Under the pieces are notes generated by a model. It searched no databases. It was not told the DNA's origin and saw nothing but the letters and a program-made list of their open reading frames with translations. Made by a program: the position numbers and the translations under genes. A stretch of DNA of 64,000 bases. Origin: Patescibacteria group bacterium (lineage in GTDB: Bacteria; Patescibacteriota; JAQUNI01). The DNA lies in the NCBI GenBank assembly GCA_028717685.1, contig JAQUNI010000004.1, positions 8,599-72,598 on the forward strand, given 5' to 3'. Shown here piece after piece: positions 39,091 through 47,354 of the stretch (position 1 is the first letter of the stretch; each line of letters begins with the position of its first letter).

Positions 39091-40923
39091 TTATTGCTTT
39101 GCTAAAATAGATTTTTGCCATTCAGTAATTGTTTCCGGTATTTGCTCAATCCACTTCTCGGAATGAGCAACACGATTCGTTAGACTGAGGATTTGTTCAT
39201 AAAGATTTAATAACTCATCGTGCGTAAATCGTTTTCCTTGTTTTCTGATTTCTAAAAGACTTTCAAGTAGTCTGACAAATTGCGCAATAGAGAGGGGAAC
39301 AATTTTTTGTGCAGTTCCTTTATAGCCGTATTTTATCGCCATCCAAAATGTCTCAACGGTATCTTGATGTAGTCGTGGAGCAATGAATAGGCAATAAGCT
39401 GTCTTGTCGGTATGGGATTCTTCAAAGTCGCGCACATGACGCATAACAGGTTGTCCCTCGTTGTACCACTGTGAACGATTCGTCAGCATTGTAACCTCGC
39501 ATACGGAATTAAACTGTTCATAAAAGCATTCTATATCCGGCTTATTGGCTGGCGCAGTAAAAGTAGGCTCGTTGTCATCTCCAACCGGATAGTTTGGTTT
39601 AATCTCTAGTGCGTCGTTAAGAGCGTTGAGTGCAAGCGTTGAGAGCCTTTCAAGTTCAATACTCTTTTTATTGTCTGACTGATAAATACCCCTAAGTGCG
39701 TTAATATATTCTTGAATTTTAGCGACATCTTGCGATTCAAAATGAGTTTCAAGCTCTTGTAGTTTTCTACGGTAACCTCGCAATTGCTCGATATACTCTT
39801 TTAGTTGATCCTCAATTAAGCTCTCAATCTTTTTAAAATGAAAGGGCGGTGCTGTTATTATTTTTGATTTCAGATCGATTACATATTCTTGCACATCCCG
39901 ACTCAATTTTTCTGCAATTTTTCCTAACTCCGATTTTGTTTCCCACGGCAAAACAGGTTGCTCAATATCGGCAAGATATTCTATGTATTTGTCGGCATTT
40001 TCGTATGCTAGAGGAGCGGCATTATCCGTAGAGAGTAATTTATCAATCTCGATAGACCTTCTTGGTTCCAAATTAACATAAAACCCGCCGCCCCGAATAT
40101 GTAGATATCTGGTTAATCTGAAATATCGAATCGCGTTGTCGCCATAATCCTTAAGGTTGTTAAGAAGTTTTTTAATTTCACTGCCTTTGTTTGTTCTTAA
40201 AAATGTTTTGGAAAAATTATTTCCAAACTTTTTTTTAAATTGCTTTCTTCTCTTGTCGTCTTTTTGTGAACGCAGCCCAACTCGATATTCAATTAGTTTT
40301 TCCGCTTGCTTTTTGATATTTTTGTAATCTATAAGCGTTGGTGCAAATAAAGAGAATTCATCTTTACTTATTCCGATAGGGTTATTTCCTAATTTTACCC
40401 ATCTCTTGTTCACTTCGTTTATAAGATGTAATGCTCCTATAAATGGTTTGATAGCAAATCCGTCATTTTCTGAAAATGTTGTACTTGCTGGGTTAGGAAG
40501 TTGCCATTTCAAAAAGTGTATAAAGAACAATTTACCCAAATCATAATTTTCAGAAAGAAGATATTCGCCTAGTGGGGTAATCTTAACGCCTTCGACTGAA
40601 TTTTTGGCTATACACAAACCCATTTTATTAAGTGGCGCAACAGAATTTCTGCCACGCATTGCCGGATCTTCGTAACCTTGTACATTAAAAATTTCTTTTG
40701 CAACAGAAAATGGCATTTCTGTTTCAATATCATCAAAATATTCTTGTTGTTCTCTGGTTAAATTAGTTGGTTTGTAAAACCTATTTTGAATGAGGAGAAT
40801 TTGGTATTTAATTTGATTCTCTGAATTAAAGGGTTGTCCCTCTAGTTCTTTCAGAACGCGCAAGAAATCCCGTAATCTATCGGGGTTTCTCACTGTTGTT
40901 GATATTGACCAAGGTTTTTTCAT
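39091..40923 (-). CDS. AlwI-family Type IIS restriction/nicking endonuclease
   Basis: [23 protein letters not shown]...RYFRLT, PDIE...CEVT, EGQPV.RH. Confidence 0.88.
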   Translation of the reverse strand: MKKPWSISTTVRNPDRLRDFLRVLKELEGQPFNSENQIKYQILLIQNRFYKPTNLTREQQEYFDDIETEMPFSVAKEIFNVQGYEDPAMRGRNSVAPLNKMGLCIAKNSVEGVKITPLGEYLLSENYDLGKLFFIHFLKWQLPNPASTTFSENDGFAIKPFIGALHLINEVNKRWVKLGNNPIGISKDEFSLFAPTLIDYKNIKKQAEKLIEYRVGLRSQKDDKRRKQFKKKFGNNFSKTFLRTNKGSEIKKLLNNLKDYGDNAIRYFRLTRYLHIRGGGFYVNLEPRRSIEIDKLLSTDNAAPLAYENADKYIEYLADIEQPVLPWETKSELGKIAEKLSRDVQEYVIDLKSKIITAPPFHFKKIESLIEDQLKEYIEQLRGYRRKLQELETHFESQDVAKIQEYINALRGIYQSDNKKSIELERLSTLALNALNDALEIKPNYPVGDDNEPTFTAPANKPDIECFYEQFNSVCEVTMLTNRSQWYNEGQPVMRHVRDFEESHTDKTAYCLFIAPRLHQDTVETFWMAIKYGYKGTAQKIVPLSIAQFVRLLESLLEIRKQGKRFTHDELLNLYEQILSLTNRVAHSEKWIEQIPETITEWQKSILAKQ

Positions 40924-40928
40924 AATTG

Positions 40929-42743
40929 TTATTTTATTACTTTACAATAAAAGATTCGTTCTGTGTGTCCATCAGTATCGCTTTTGCCTGTTGTAAATGC
41001 TTTATAATCCCTTTCAAAAATATCAACATTGCCACGAGTTTTTAATATATTTATAATTCGCTTATCACTAATGCGAGCATTTGATCTTCCGTCCTTAGAT
41101 TCGCCGGTGTTATTATAAGAAACCAAAATATGTTTACAGTTTGCGTTCGAAATTAAATCAGCAAATGCCCTCGATGCTGACTGTAGACAGTAATCACTTT
41201 TAATATGTGACCTATCCATCTTTTTTGCTTTGCCATACACTGATGGTTTTTCCCAAGTAGCAAGGTTTTCTAGAAGGTGATAGGCGTCAGAATACTGGCG
41301 AGAATTATAAGGTGGATCAATATATAAAACGTCACACCTTATTTTTTTGATAAGCTGATTTGCGTCTTTTTTATATATTTCATTATTTGAGTTATTTTCT
41401 GGCTCAAAATCCGGAACCAAAAGACGTAGTGGTTGGATTGTGTCTAGTTTTTTTCTGTATGCATCATAGTGGCCAACTGTATTTGCCACCTTATCAACTG
41501 CGTATAGTAATGTAGTAATCAAAACAGCTCTCTCATTATCGCTTTTTGCAATCTCGTCAATTTTTTCTCTGACAGCGCCGATTTTGCGAGCGTTCTCTAA
41601 GGTGAAAAAGGTATTGCCGAAATGTTCAGAAAAATAATTGTCATTGTGCACTTCTAAGTTATTGAGCAGCTCTATTTTCTTTTCTATTTCCTTAAAATCA
41701 ATTTTCGAAGTTCCCAAAAAAGATTTTAATGGTAGATAATTACTTACTAAAAAGTCGTTGGCAATAACTTTTATATCTTTTTCATTAAATCGTTCACCAA
41801 CAACACCAGTACCCGCAAAAATATCACAGAACACACCGAAGCCGTTGCATTTTTCGTTGACAATATCCTCAATAAGACCGAGCAGTTTATATTTATTTCC
41901 TAAAAATCTTCTATTTTGCAGCTGGAAACGCCCCGACTTAATTCTACTTTCAGGGTAAAAATATACCTTATGTATTTTTTTTATTTCTGGGGTATAAGTT
42001 GGTTGTGCAGTTTCTAATAGATCGAAAAGGGAATTTTGTACACCATCAGAAATATAATGCGTTACTTTACTATCCGAGCTTTGTATTTCAGAAAAAAAAC
42101 TGTGAGTGTCATTTTCACTAACAATAATAAAATCAATAACATTCACACCCATTATTTTACCTGCTTCGAGAATTTTATTCACGACTTCCATATCTTGTTT
42201 ACTGGGGGTAACATCTCCTGATGGGTGATTATGTAACAAAATGATCCCAGCCGCTCGTAACTCGACGGCGGGGCCAAAAATTTCTCGTGGATGAATAATG
42301 CTTTTATCTAATATACCGATAGATATAATTTCTTTTTTCAGTAGCGCATTTCTTGCGTTGAGATATAGACATACCAAATACTCTTTTTTCTTGTCTCGTA
42401 TGTCGGAAGTTAAAGAAATCGCATCTTGGGCGGATAAAACAATGTTATCTTTTGGTTCCAATTCTTCATAAAATCTTTTTATTAACGCCAGAGCAGAAAC
42501 AATTTGTAGGGCTTTTGCCTCTCCAATTCCAGAAATTTTCAAAAGATCATCAACTATTATGTCTAAAAATTTATTTCCGAATTTTCTGATTATCTGTTCG
42601 GAAAGTTGTTTAACATTTTTTCCCTTAATTCCGCTTCCAATAAGAATAGCCAAAAGCTCGCTTTTAGAAAGAGCATCTGGACCTTTTTCTAAAAACCTTT
42701 CGCGTGGCCTATTAATTTTTGGAATGTCTTTAAGCTTTCCCAT
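40929..42743 (-). CDS. radC: RadC (JAB) domain fused to a D12-class adenine DNA methyltransferase
   Basis: RPRE, ELLAIL, HPREIF, HNHPSGD.TPS..D in the N-half; RRFLGNK, DIFAGTG, DPPYNSRQY in the C-half; one open frame. Confidence 0.88.
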   Translation of the reverse strand: MGKLKDIPKINRPRERFLEKGPDALSKSELLAILIGSGIKGKNVKQLSEQIIRKFGNKFLDIIVDDLLKISGIGEAKALQIVSALALIKRFYEELEPKDNIVLSAQDAISLTSDIRDKKKEYLVCLYLNARNALLKKEIISIGILDKSIIHPREIFGPAVELRAAGIILLHNHPSGDVTPSKQDMEVVNKILEAGKIMGVNVIDFIIVSENDTHSFFSEIQSSDSKVTHYISDGVQNSLFDLLETAQPTYTPEIKKIHKVYFYPESRIKSGRFQLQNRRFLGNKYKLLGLIEDIVNEKCNGFGVFCDIFAGTGVVGERFNEKDIKVIANDFLVSNYLPLKSFLGTSKIDFKEIEKKIELLNNLEVHNDNYFSEHFGNTFFTLENARKIGAVREKIDEIAKSDNERAVLITTLLYAVDKVANTVGHYDAYRKKLDTIQPLRLLVPDFEPENNSNNEIYKKDANQLIKKIRCDVLYIDPPYNSRQYSDAYHLLENLATWEKPSVYGKAKKMDRSHIKSDYCLQSASRAFADLISNANCKHILVSYNNTGESKDGRSNARISDKRIINILKTRGNVDIFERDYKAFTTGKSDTDGHTERIFYCKVIK

Positions 42744-42759
42744 TTTTATTTCATTAAAC

Positions 42760-43165
42760 CATCCCTCAAGCCCTGTAGTGAGACTTCAGTCCCGAGGAAC
42801 ATTCAGTCCCGAGGGATTCTCTACTACGGGGCAAGAGCCCTCCTACGCTCTTTGGGCTACGGAGTATTTTTCTCCCACCCCCTCCATCTCCCCCTCGGGC
42901 AGGGGGAGTGTAATTCATCTTATAATTTCGGCACTTCGTCCCTTCTTCGTCGCTTCGCTCCTTAAGAGTTCCTCAGTGTCTTTAATTTTCATCTAACTAT
43001 ATAGTAGGTGGTCAAAGATAATACCCTTCTACTTCGCTACGCTCAGTATCAGGGACTTCTTCTTTTTTATATAGAGCCGGAGGCACTGATGAGCCTCCGT
43101 CTCAAAGGAGGCGAAGAAGTGCTGGGGAGGCAGGTGTCCTTCGCCTGCGGCTTCGGAGCACCTAA
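42760..43165. repeat. cluster of stacked palindromic repeat modules
   Basis: several hairpin families, including a family A copy (42872-42908) and CTTCGC..GCTWCGG modules. Confidence 0.75.
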
Positions 43166-43177
43166 TTACCTCCAAAA

Positions 43178-43438
43178 CTATTCCTTCTTCAAGGCTTCGG
43201 GAATAAGTCTTTTATATGTAAATGCTTTACCTGAACCAGTTTTTAAATATTTTTCAAACAACTTTGCCTTTTTAATTGTTGAAAATCCACAATACCAAAC
43301 AAGTTGCCAAGGAATAAAAGGTTTAGTTGATTTAGATAAGCCTTGGTTGTGTTCAGTATATCTTTTTTTGAGATTGTTTGTATAGCCAAAATAAAGCTTT
43401 TTTGATTTTAGACTATAAAGAATATAGCAATAATACAT
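43178..43438 (-). CDS. small GIY-YIG nuclease
   Basis: YCYILYS...LYFGYT.NL..R..EHN.G, FEKYLK.GSG. Confidence 0.9.
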   Translation of the reverse strand: MYYCYILYSLKSKKLYFGYTNNLKKRYTEHNQGLSKSTKPFIPWQLVWYCGFSTIKKAKLFEKYLKTGSGKAFTYKRLIPEALKKE

Positions 43439-43502
43439 ATTTGCCTCTTATTAAACTTTATCAGATTTGAGGCGTAAGCCATTCCGAAGCCTTGGCGAAG
43501 GA

Positions 43503-43576
43503 TGGCTGGGGAGGCAGGATTCGGACCTGCGATGATAGGTTCAGAGCCTATTGCCTTACCGCTTGGCTACTCCCCA
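43503..43576 (-). tRNA. tRNA-Gln(CTG)
   Basis: TGGGGAG acceptor, ATAGG-CTCTGAA-CCTAT anticodon arm, encoded CCA. Confidence 0.93.
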
Positions 43577-43866
43577 ATGAAAAGTTAAATCTCAAAAGTA
43601 AAAAGTTAAAAGTAAAAAATATAATTTTAAAATTTTACGGAATAAGGAAATTGTGAATCATGAATTTCATTTTCTTCACTGCAAATTATACCAAATTTTT
43701 GCCTTAAAGTAAAGATTTCCCGAGCTGTTTTAGGGAATAAAATAGCCCTCTGGCGATTAAGAGGGCTTTACCCACTTTAGAGTTGGAATTTTAAGATTAT
43801 CTCTTTAATTAAACCCCTCTCTAATTTCCCCTTGTCAGGGGAGAGGTTTGATTCTCCATTTAAAGG

Positions 43867-44784
43867 TTATCTTTTTAAATATTTGCTTACGGCGATGGCG
43901 CTGGAGAGGACGCCTAATAGAACCCCTACCAGAATTTGCATAGCGACAATTTGTAAAAGGTGGCTCGTGAAATATTGGGTTAGATTGATACCATACCCTT
44001 GGAAATAAGCTTCAATTTTAGGAGAGGTCATTCGCGTCACGGGATAGAGAATCACGAGAGAAATAAAGGCGGCAATCAATCCATACAAAATCCCTTCAAC
44101 AATCATCGGCCAGCGCACATACCAATTGGTAGCGCCAACGATTTTCATAATTTCAATTTCTTGACTGCGCGAGTAAATAGACAGACGAATCGTGTTAAAC
44201 ATAACCAGAATGGCAATCCCCACGAAAACGCCGCTTACGATAATTCCTATTTTCGCTAACGAACCGGCTGTCGCCGTGAGGCGATTGATCATTGTTTGGT
44301 TGTCTTTGTAGTTGACTTTACGGATAAATTCCTGATAGCGCTCTTGTTCCAGCCTTTTGGCAATCTCCGGGTAGTCTTGAGGATCGTTAGCCTTAATAAT
44401 AAAAACAGCTTCCAGGGGATTATCTTTAAAATCTTTGAGAATTTCAGCGATCATGCGGTCATTTTGGTGTTTCTGGCGAAAATTTTCCAAGGCTTGCTCC
44501 GAAGAAATGTATTCCACGCTTTTTACGCCGTCAATCTCCGCGATGCTTTGCTTGAGAAGATCTGTTTTTTCCGCGTCGGGATTATTCTTTAAATAGATGG
44601 TAACGTCGATTTTTTCCTTGATATTTTGAATCGCCACATTGCCCATCAGATTTAAAATAAAAAGGATGCTAAAAGAGAGCAGGGTCAGTACCATTACCAA
44701 AGTAGTGGCGACGGATAGCCAAATATTTCGCCAGAAGTTCAAGACACCCATCTTAAAAATGCGAGATAAAGAATAAAGAGGCAC
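43867..44784 (-). CDS. ftsX: cell division permease FtsX
   Basis: NFWRN, NPL, FNTIRLSIYSR..EIEIM..VGAT. Confidence 0.93.
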   Translation of the reverse strand: MPLYSLSRIFKMGVLNFWRNIWLSVATTLVMVLTLLSFSILFILNLMGNVAIQNIKEKIDVTIYLKNNPDAEKTDLLKQSIAEIDGVKSVEYISSEQALENFRQKHQNDRMIAEILKDFKDNPLEAVFIIKANDPQDYPEIAKRLEQERYQEFIRKVNYKDNQTMINRLTATAGSLAKIGIIVSGVFVGIAILVMFNTIRLSIYSRSQEIEIMKIVGATNWYVRWPMIVEGILYGLIAAFISLVILYPVTRMTSPKIEAYFQGYGINLTQYFTSHLLQIVAMQILVGVLLGVLSSAIAVSKYLKR

Positions 44785-44789
44785 AATAA

Positions 44790-44946
44790 TAAAATTAAAA
44801 ATTAAAAGTTCAAAATTAAAAATTGCAATTTAAAATTCAAAATTGAGGAATTGAATAATTTTAAAATTTTGCATTGTCATTTTACCCGCCCGCCTCGCCT
44901 GAAGCGAAGCGATGGCGGGTAGGCATTTTGCATTTTACATTTTACA
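44790..44946. repeat. heptamer arrays with a 39-nt family B insert (44886-44924)
   Basis: (AAAATTN)n / (TTTTRCA)n interrupted at C^AT. Confidence 0.75.
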
Positions 44947-44947
44947 C

Positions 44948-45628
44948 TTATATCACGTACTGTCCGTGCTCCTGATCGCGGATTACGGCTCCTTTTTCCA
45001 GAGTAATCACCCTTTTATTTAAGGCATTGACCACTTCTTTGTCATGGCTCGCGAGAACGACAGTTGTTCCCAATTCGTTGATTTTTAAGAGTAATTTAAT
45101 AATATCCCAAGTCGCGAAGGTGTCCAAGTTGCCTGTCGGCTCGTCGGCAATCAAAAGCTCCGGTTCGTGAATCAGGGCGCGGGCGATCGCGATCCTTTGC
45201 TGTTCGCCGCCGGAAAGCTGGACTGGAAAACGGTCGGTTTTATCTTTTAAGCCCACAATATCCAGCATCTGCGGCACGCATTCATTAATTTCTTCTCTGG
45301 GGGTGCCCGAAACCTCCATCGCGAAAGCAAGATTCTCCGCGGCGGTTTTTTTGGGGAGGAGGCGGTAATTTTGAAAAACCACGCCGACATTACGGCGAAA
45401 GCGCGGCAGTTCGCGGTCTTTTAATTCGTTGACGCGCCACTCACCAACGACAATACTGCCCTCGCTTGGTTTTTCCTCTCCAATCATGAGCTTAATCAGA
45501 GTGGACTTGCCGGCGCCCGAAGCGCCAACCACGGAAACGAACTCCCCTTTTTTAATAAAAAGATTAACATGGTCCAAAGCCACTGTATCATGGTTGTAGA
45601 TTTTGGTAACGTTTTTGAAGTCGATCAT
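44948..45628 (-). CDS. ftsE: cell division ATP-binding protein FtsE
   Basis: GASGAGKST, LSGGEQQR, ADEPTGNLD; adjacent to ftsX. Confidence 0.95.
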   Translation of the reverse strand: MIDFKNVTKIYNHDTVALDHVNLFIKKGEFVSVVGASGAGKSTLIKLMIGEEKPSEGSIVVGEWRVNELKDRELPRFRRNVGVVFQNYRLLPKKTAAENLAFAMEVSGTPREEINECVPQMLDIVGLKDKTDRFPVQLSGGEQQRIAIARALIHEPELLIADEPTGNLDTFATWDIIKLLLKINELGTTVVLASHDKEVVNALNKRVITLEKGAVIRDQEHGQYVI

Positions 45629-45656
45629 AGTTTGGAAGCAGGAATGATGAATTACG

Positions 45657-45708
45657 ATGACTATTCTCCCTCCCCCTCCACCTCCCCCTCGGGCAGGGGG
45701 AGTGAGTT
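45657..45708. repeat. REP-like family A copy
   Basis: ATGACTATTCTCCC..CTCCCCCTCGGGCAGGGGGAGTGAGTT. Confidence 0.8.
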
Positions 45709-45710
45709 TC

Positions 45711-46809
45711 CTAATTCACGATTCGGCTCTTCAGCGCCATTTGAATAAAATTATCAATTTCACCATCCAAAACTTTGTCGGTATTTTTTACTTCATATTT
45801 GGTGCGGTGATCTTTAACCATTTTATAGGGATGAAGCACATAAGAACGGATTTGATTGCCCCAAGCGGCAGAAATATGTTCGCCGCGCGCTTCCAGAGTT
45901 TCTTTGTCCTTTTGTTCGCCGTAAAGCTTTTCCAGCTTCCCCCTTAAAATTTTCAGCGCCGTTTCTTTGTTTTGCAGCTGCGAACGTTCGTTTTGGCACT
46001 GCACTACCAAGCCAGTAGGCAGATGTTTAATTCTTATCGCGGAGCTCGTTTTATTGACCGATTGACCGCCGGCGCCGGCGGAACGAAAGGTTTCTATTTT
46101 TAATTCTTCATCTTGAATTTTAACATCTTTGGCTGATATTTCGGGTAAAACTTCAACCAAAGCAAAGGAAGTATGGCGCGCTTTATCCGCGTCAAAAGGA
46201 GAAAGCCGCACTAAACGGTGGACGCCGGCTTCGTTTTTTAAATAACCATAAGCGTAGTGCCCCATTGCTTCCAGGGTGACGCTTTTAATCCCCGCTTCGC
46301 CTCCTTCGGATTTATCCAAAATTTTGGCTCGCCAACCTTTCCTTTCAGAGTAGCGCAAATACATCCTTAAGAGCATTTCTGCCCAGTCTTGCGCGTCTAC
46401 GCCGCCCGCTCCCGCGTAAATAGACAAAATCGCGTTGCCAGCATCATATTTGCCAGCCAAAAGAGTTTTAAGTTTCAAAGCGTCTAAATGTTTATCGCAT
46501 TTTTTATACTTTTGCGCGAATTCTGTCGCGAGTTCTTTGTCATTTTCTTCTGCCAAGAGTTCGGCTAAAGTCTCTAATTTTCCCAAATATTTTTTAATTT
46601 CCTCCCATTCCTTGAATTTTTCTTTCTGCTGCGTCAGCTTCTGGATTGTCCTTTGTGCCTCTTCTTTATTTTGCCAGAAGCCAGATGCGGCGACTTCTTT
46701 TTCTAAATTTTTGATTCTTCTCTCTAACTTCTGTATTTCAAAGCCGGTCCGCTATCTCGCGGCTTTTATTTTCTAAAATAGCTATTTTTTCATTGCGCGT
46801 TTCGTTCAT
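45711..46809 (-). CDS. prfB: peptide chain release factor 2, +1 programmed frameshift
   Basis: SPF and GGQ motifs; 23-codon first ORF from ATG 46809 ends CTT TGA (46743-46738) and continues in the +1 frame. Confidence 0.95.
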
Positions 46810-46966
46810 AATATTAGATATTATAACATAATTTTTTGCCTGCGCGCCAGCCCTTTTTTATGGAGTGATCTTTAGACCTTAAATTACGAAATTCATTTTT
46901 GTCTATTAGCGAGGAATTCTCCTCCCCTTGACCTGCGGGAGGTTTGGGAGGGGTCTAATAGATGAA

Positions 46967-47072
46967 TATTCTCCCTCCCCCTCCCCGCCCGCCTCGCCTG
47001 AAGCGAAGCGATGGCGGGCAGGCATCTCCCCCTTCCGCCCAAGGCGGACAGGCAGGGCAGGGGGAGTGTAAT
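46967..47072. repeat. family A repeat with two nested inserts
   Basis: family B at 46985-47023 plus a TCCGCCCAAGGCGGA module in the second hairpin. Confidence 0.8.
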
Positions 47073-47354
47073 CAAGCTTATCGCAATGACGAAGCATTTC
47101 GTAATCCAAGATTGGACAAAAAAAGTCTGGATAATGTTTTATAATCCAGACCTGTCTATTTAAAAAGGAATGAAAGTTTCTTGAGGCAGAAGTAGCAGAA
47201 GCGTAGAATCCTGCTGGCAATCCAAGCGAGGTAATGGGTTTTTATAATTTCGCTCAAGATTAATTTTTCATTCACCATATTTGCATCATCTCCTATCTTG
47301 TCCGAAGGATTTTTCAGAAAAGAACAATTAATTTTCCTGACTTAAAAGCGATTT

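Noticed and set aside
43086-43117. Hammerhead-like CTGATGA-stem-GAAG
   Set aside because: Has GAAG rather than GAAA and no stem III/NUH; the same CTGA..CGAAG pattern occurs as a repeat module at about 34463.
35700-43576. Prophage or ICE at tRNA-Gln
   Set aside because: No integrase, phage or conjugation genes; the tRNA-end duplication encloses only the GIY-YIG gene.
12551-47072. GC-rich repeats as a CRISPR array
   Set aside because: Dispersed, no regular spacers, no cas genes.
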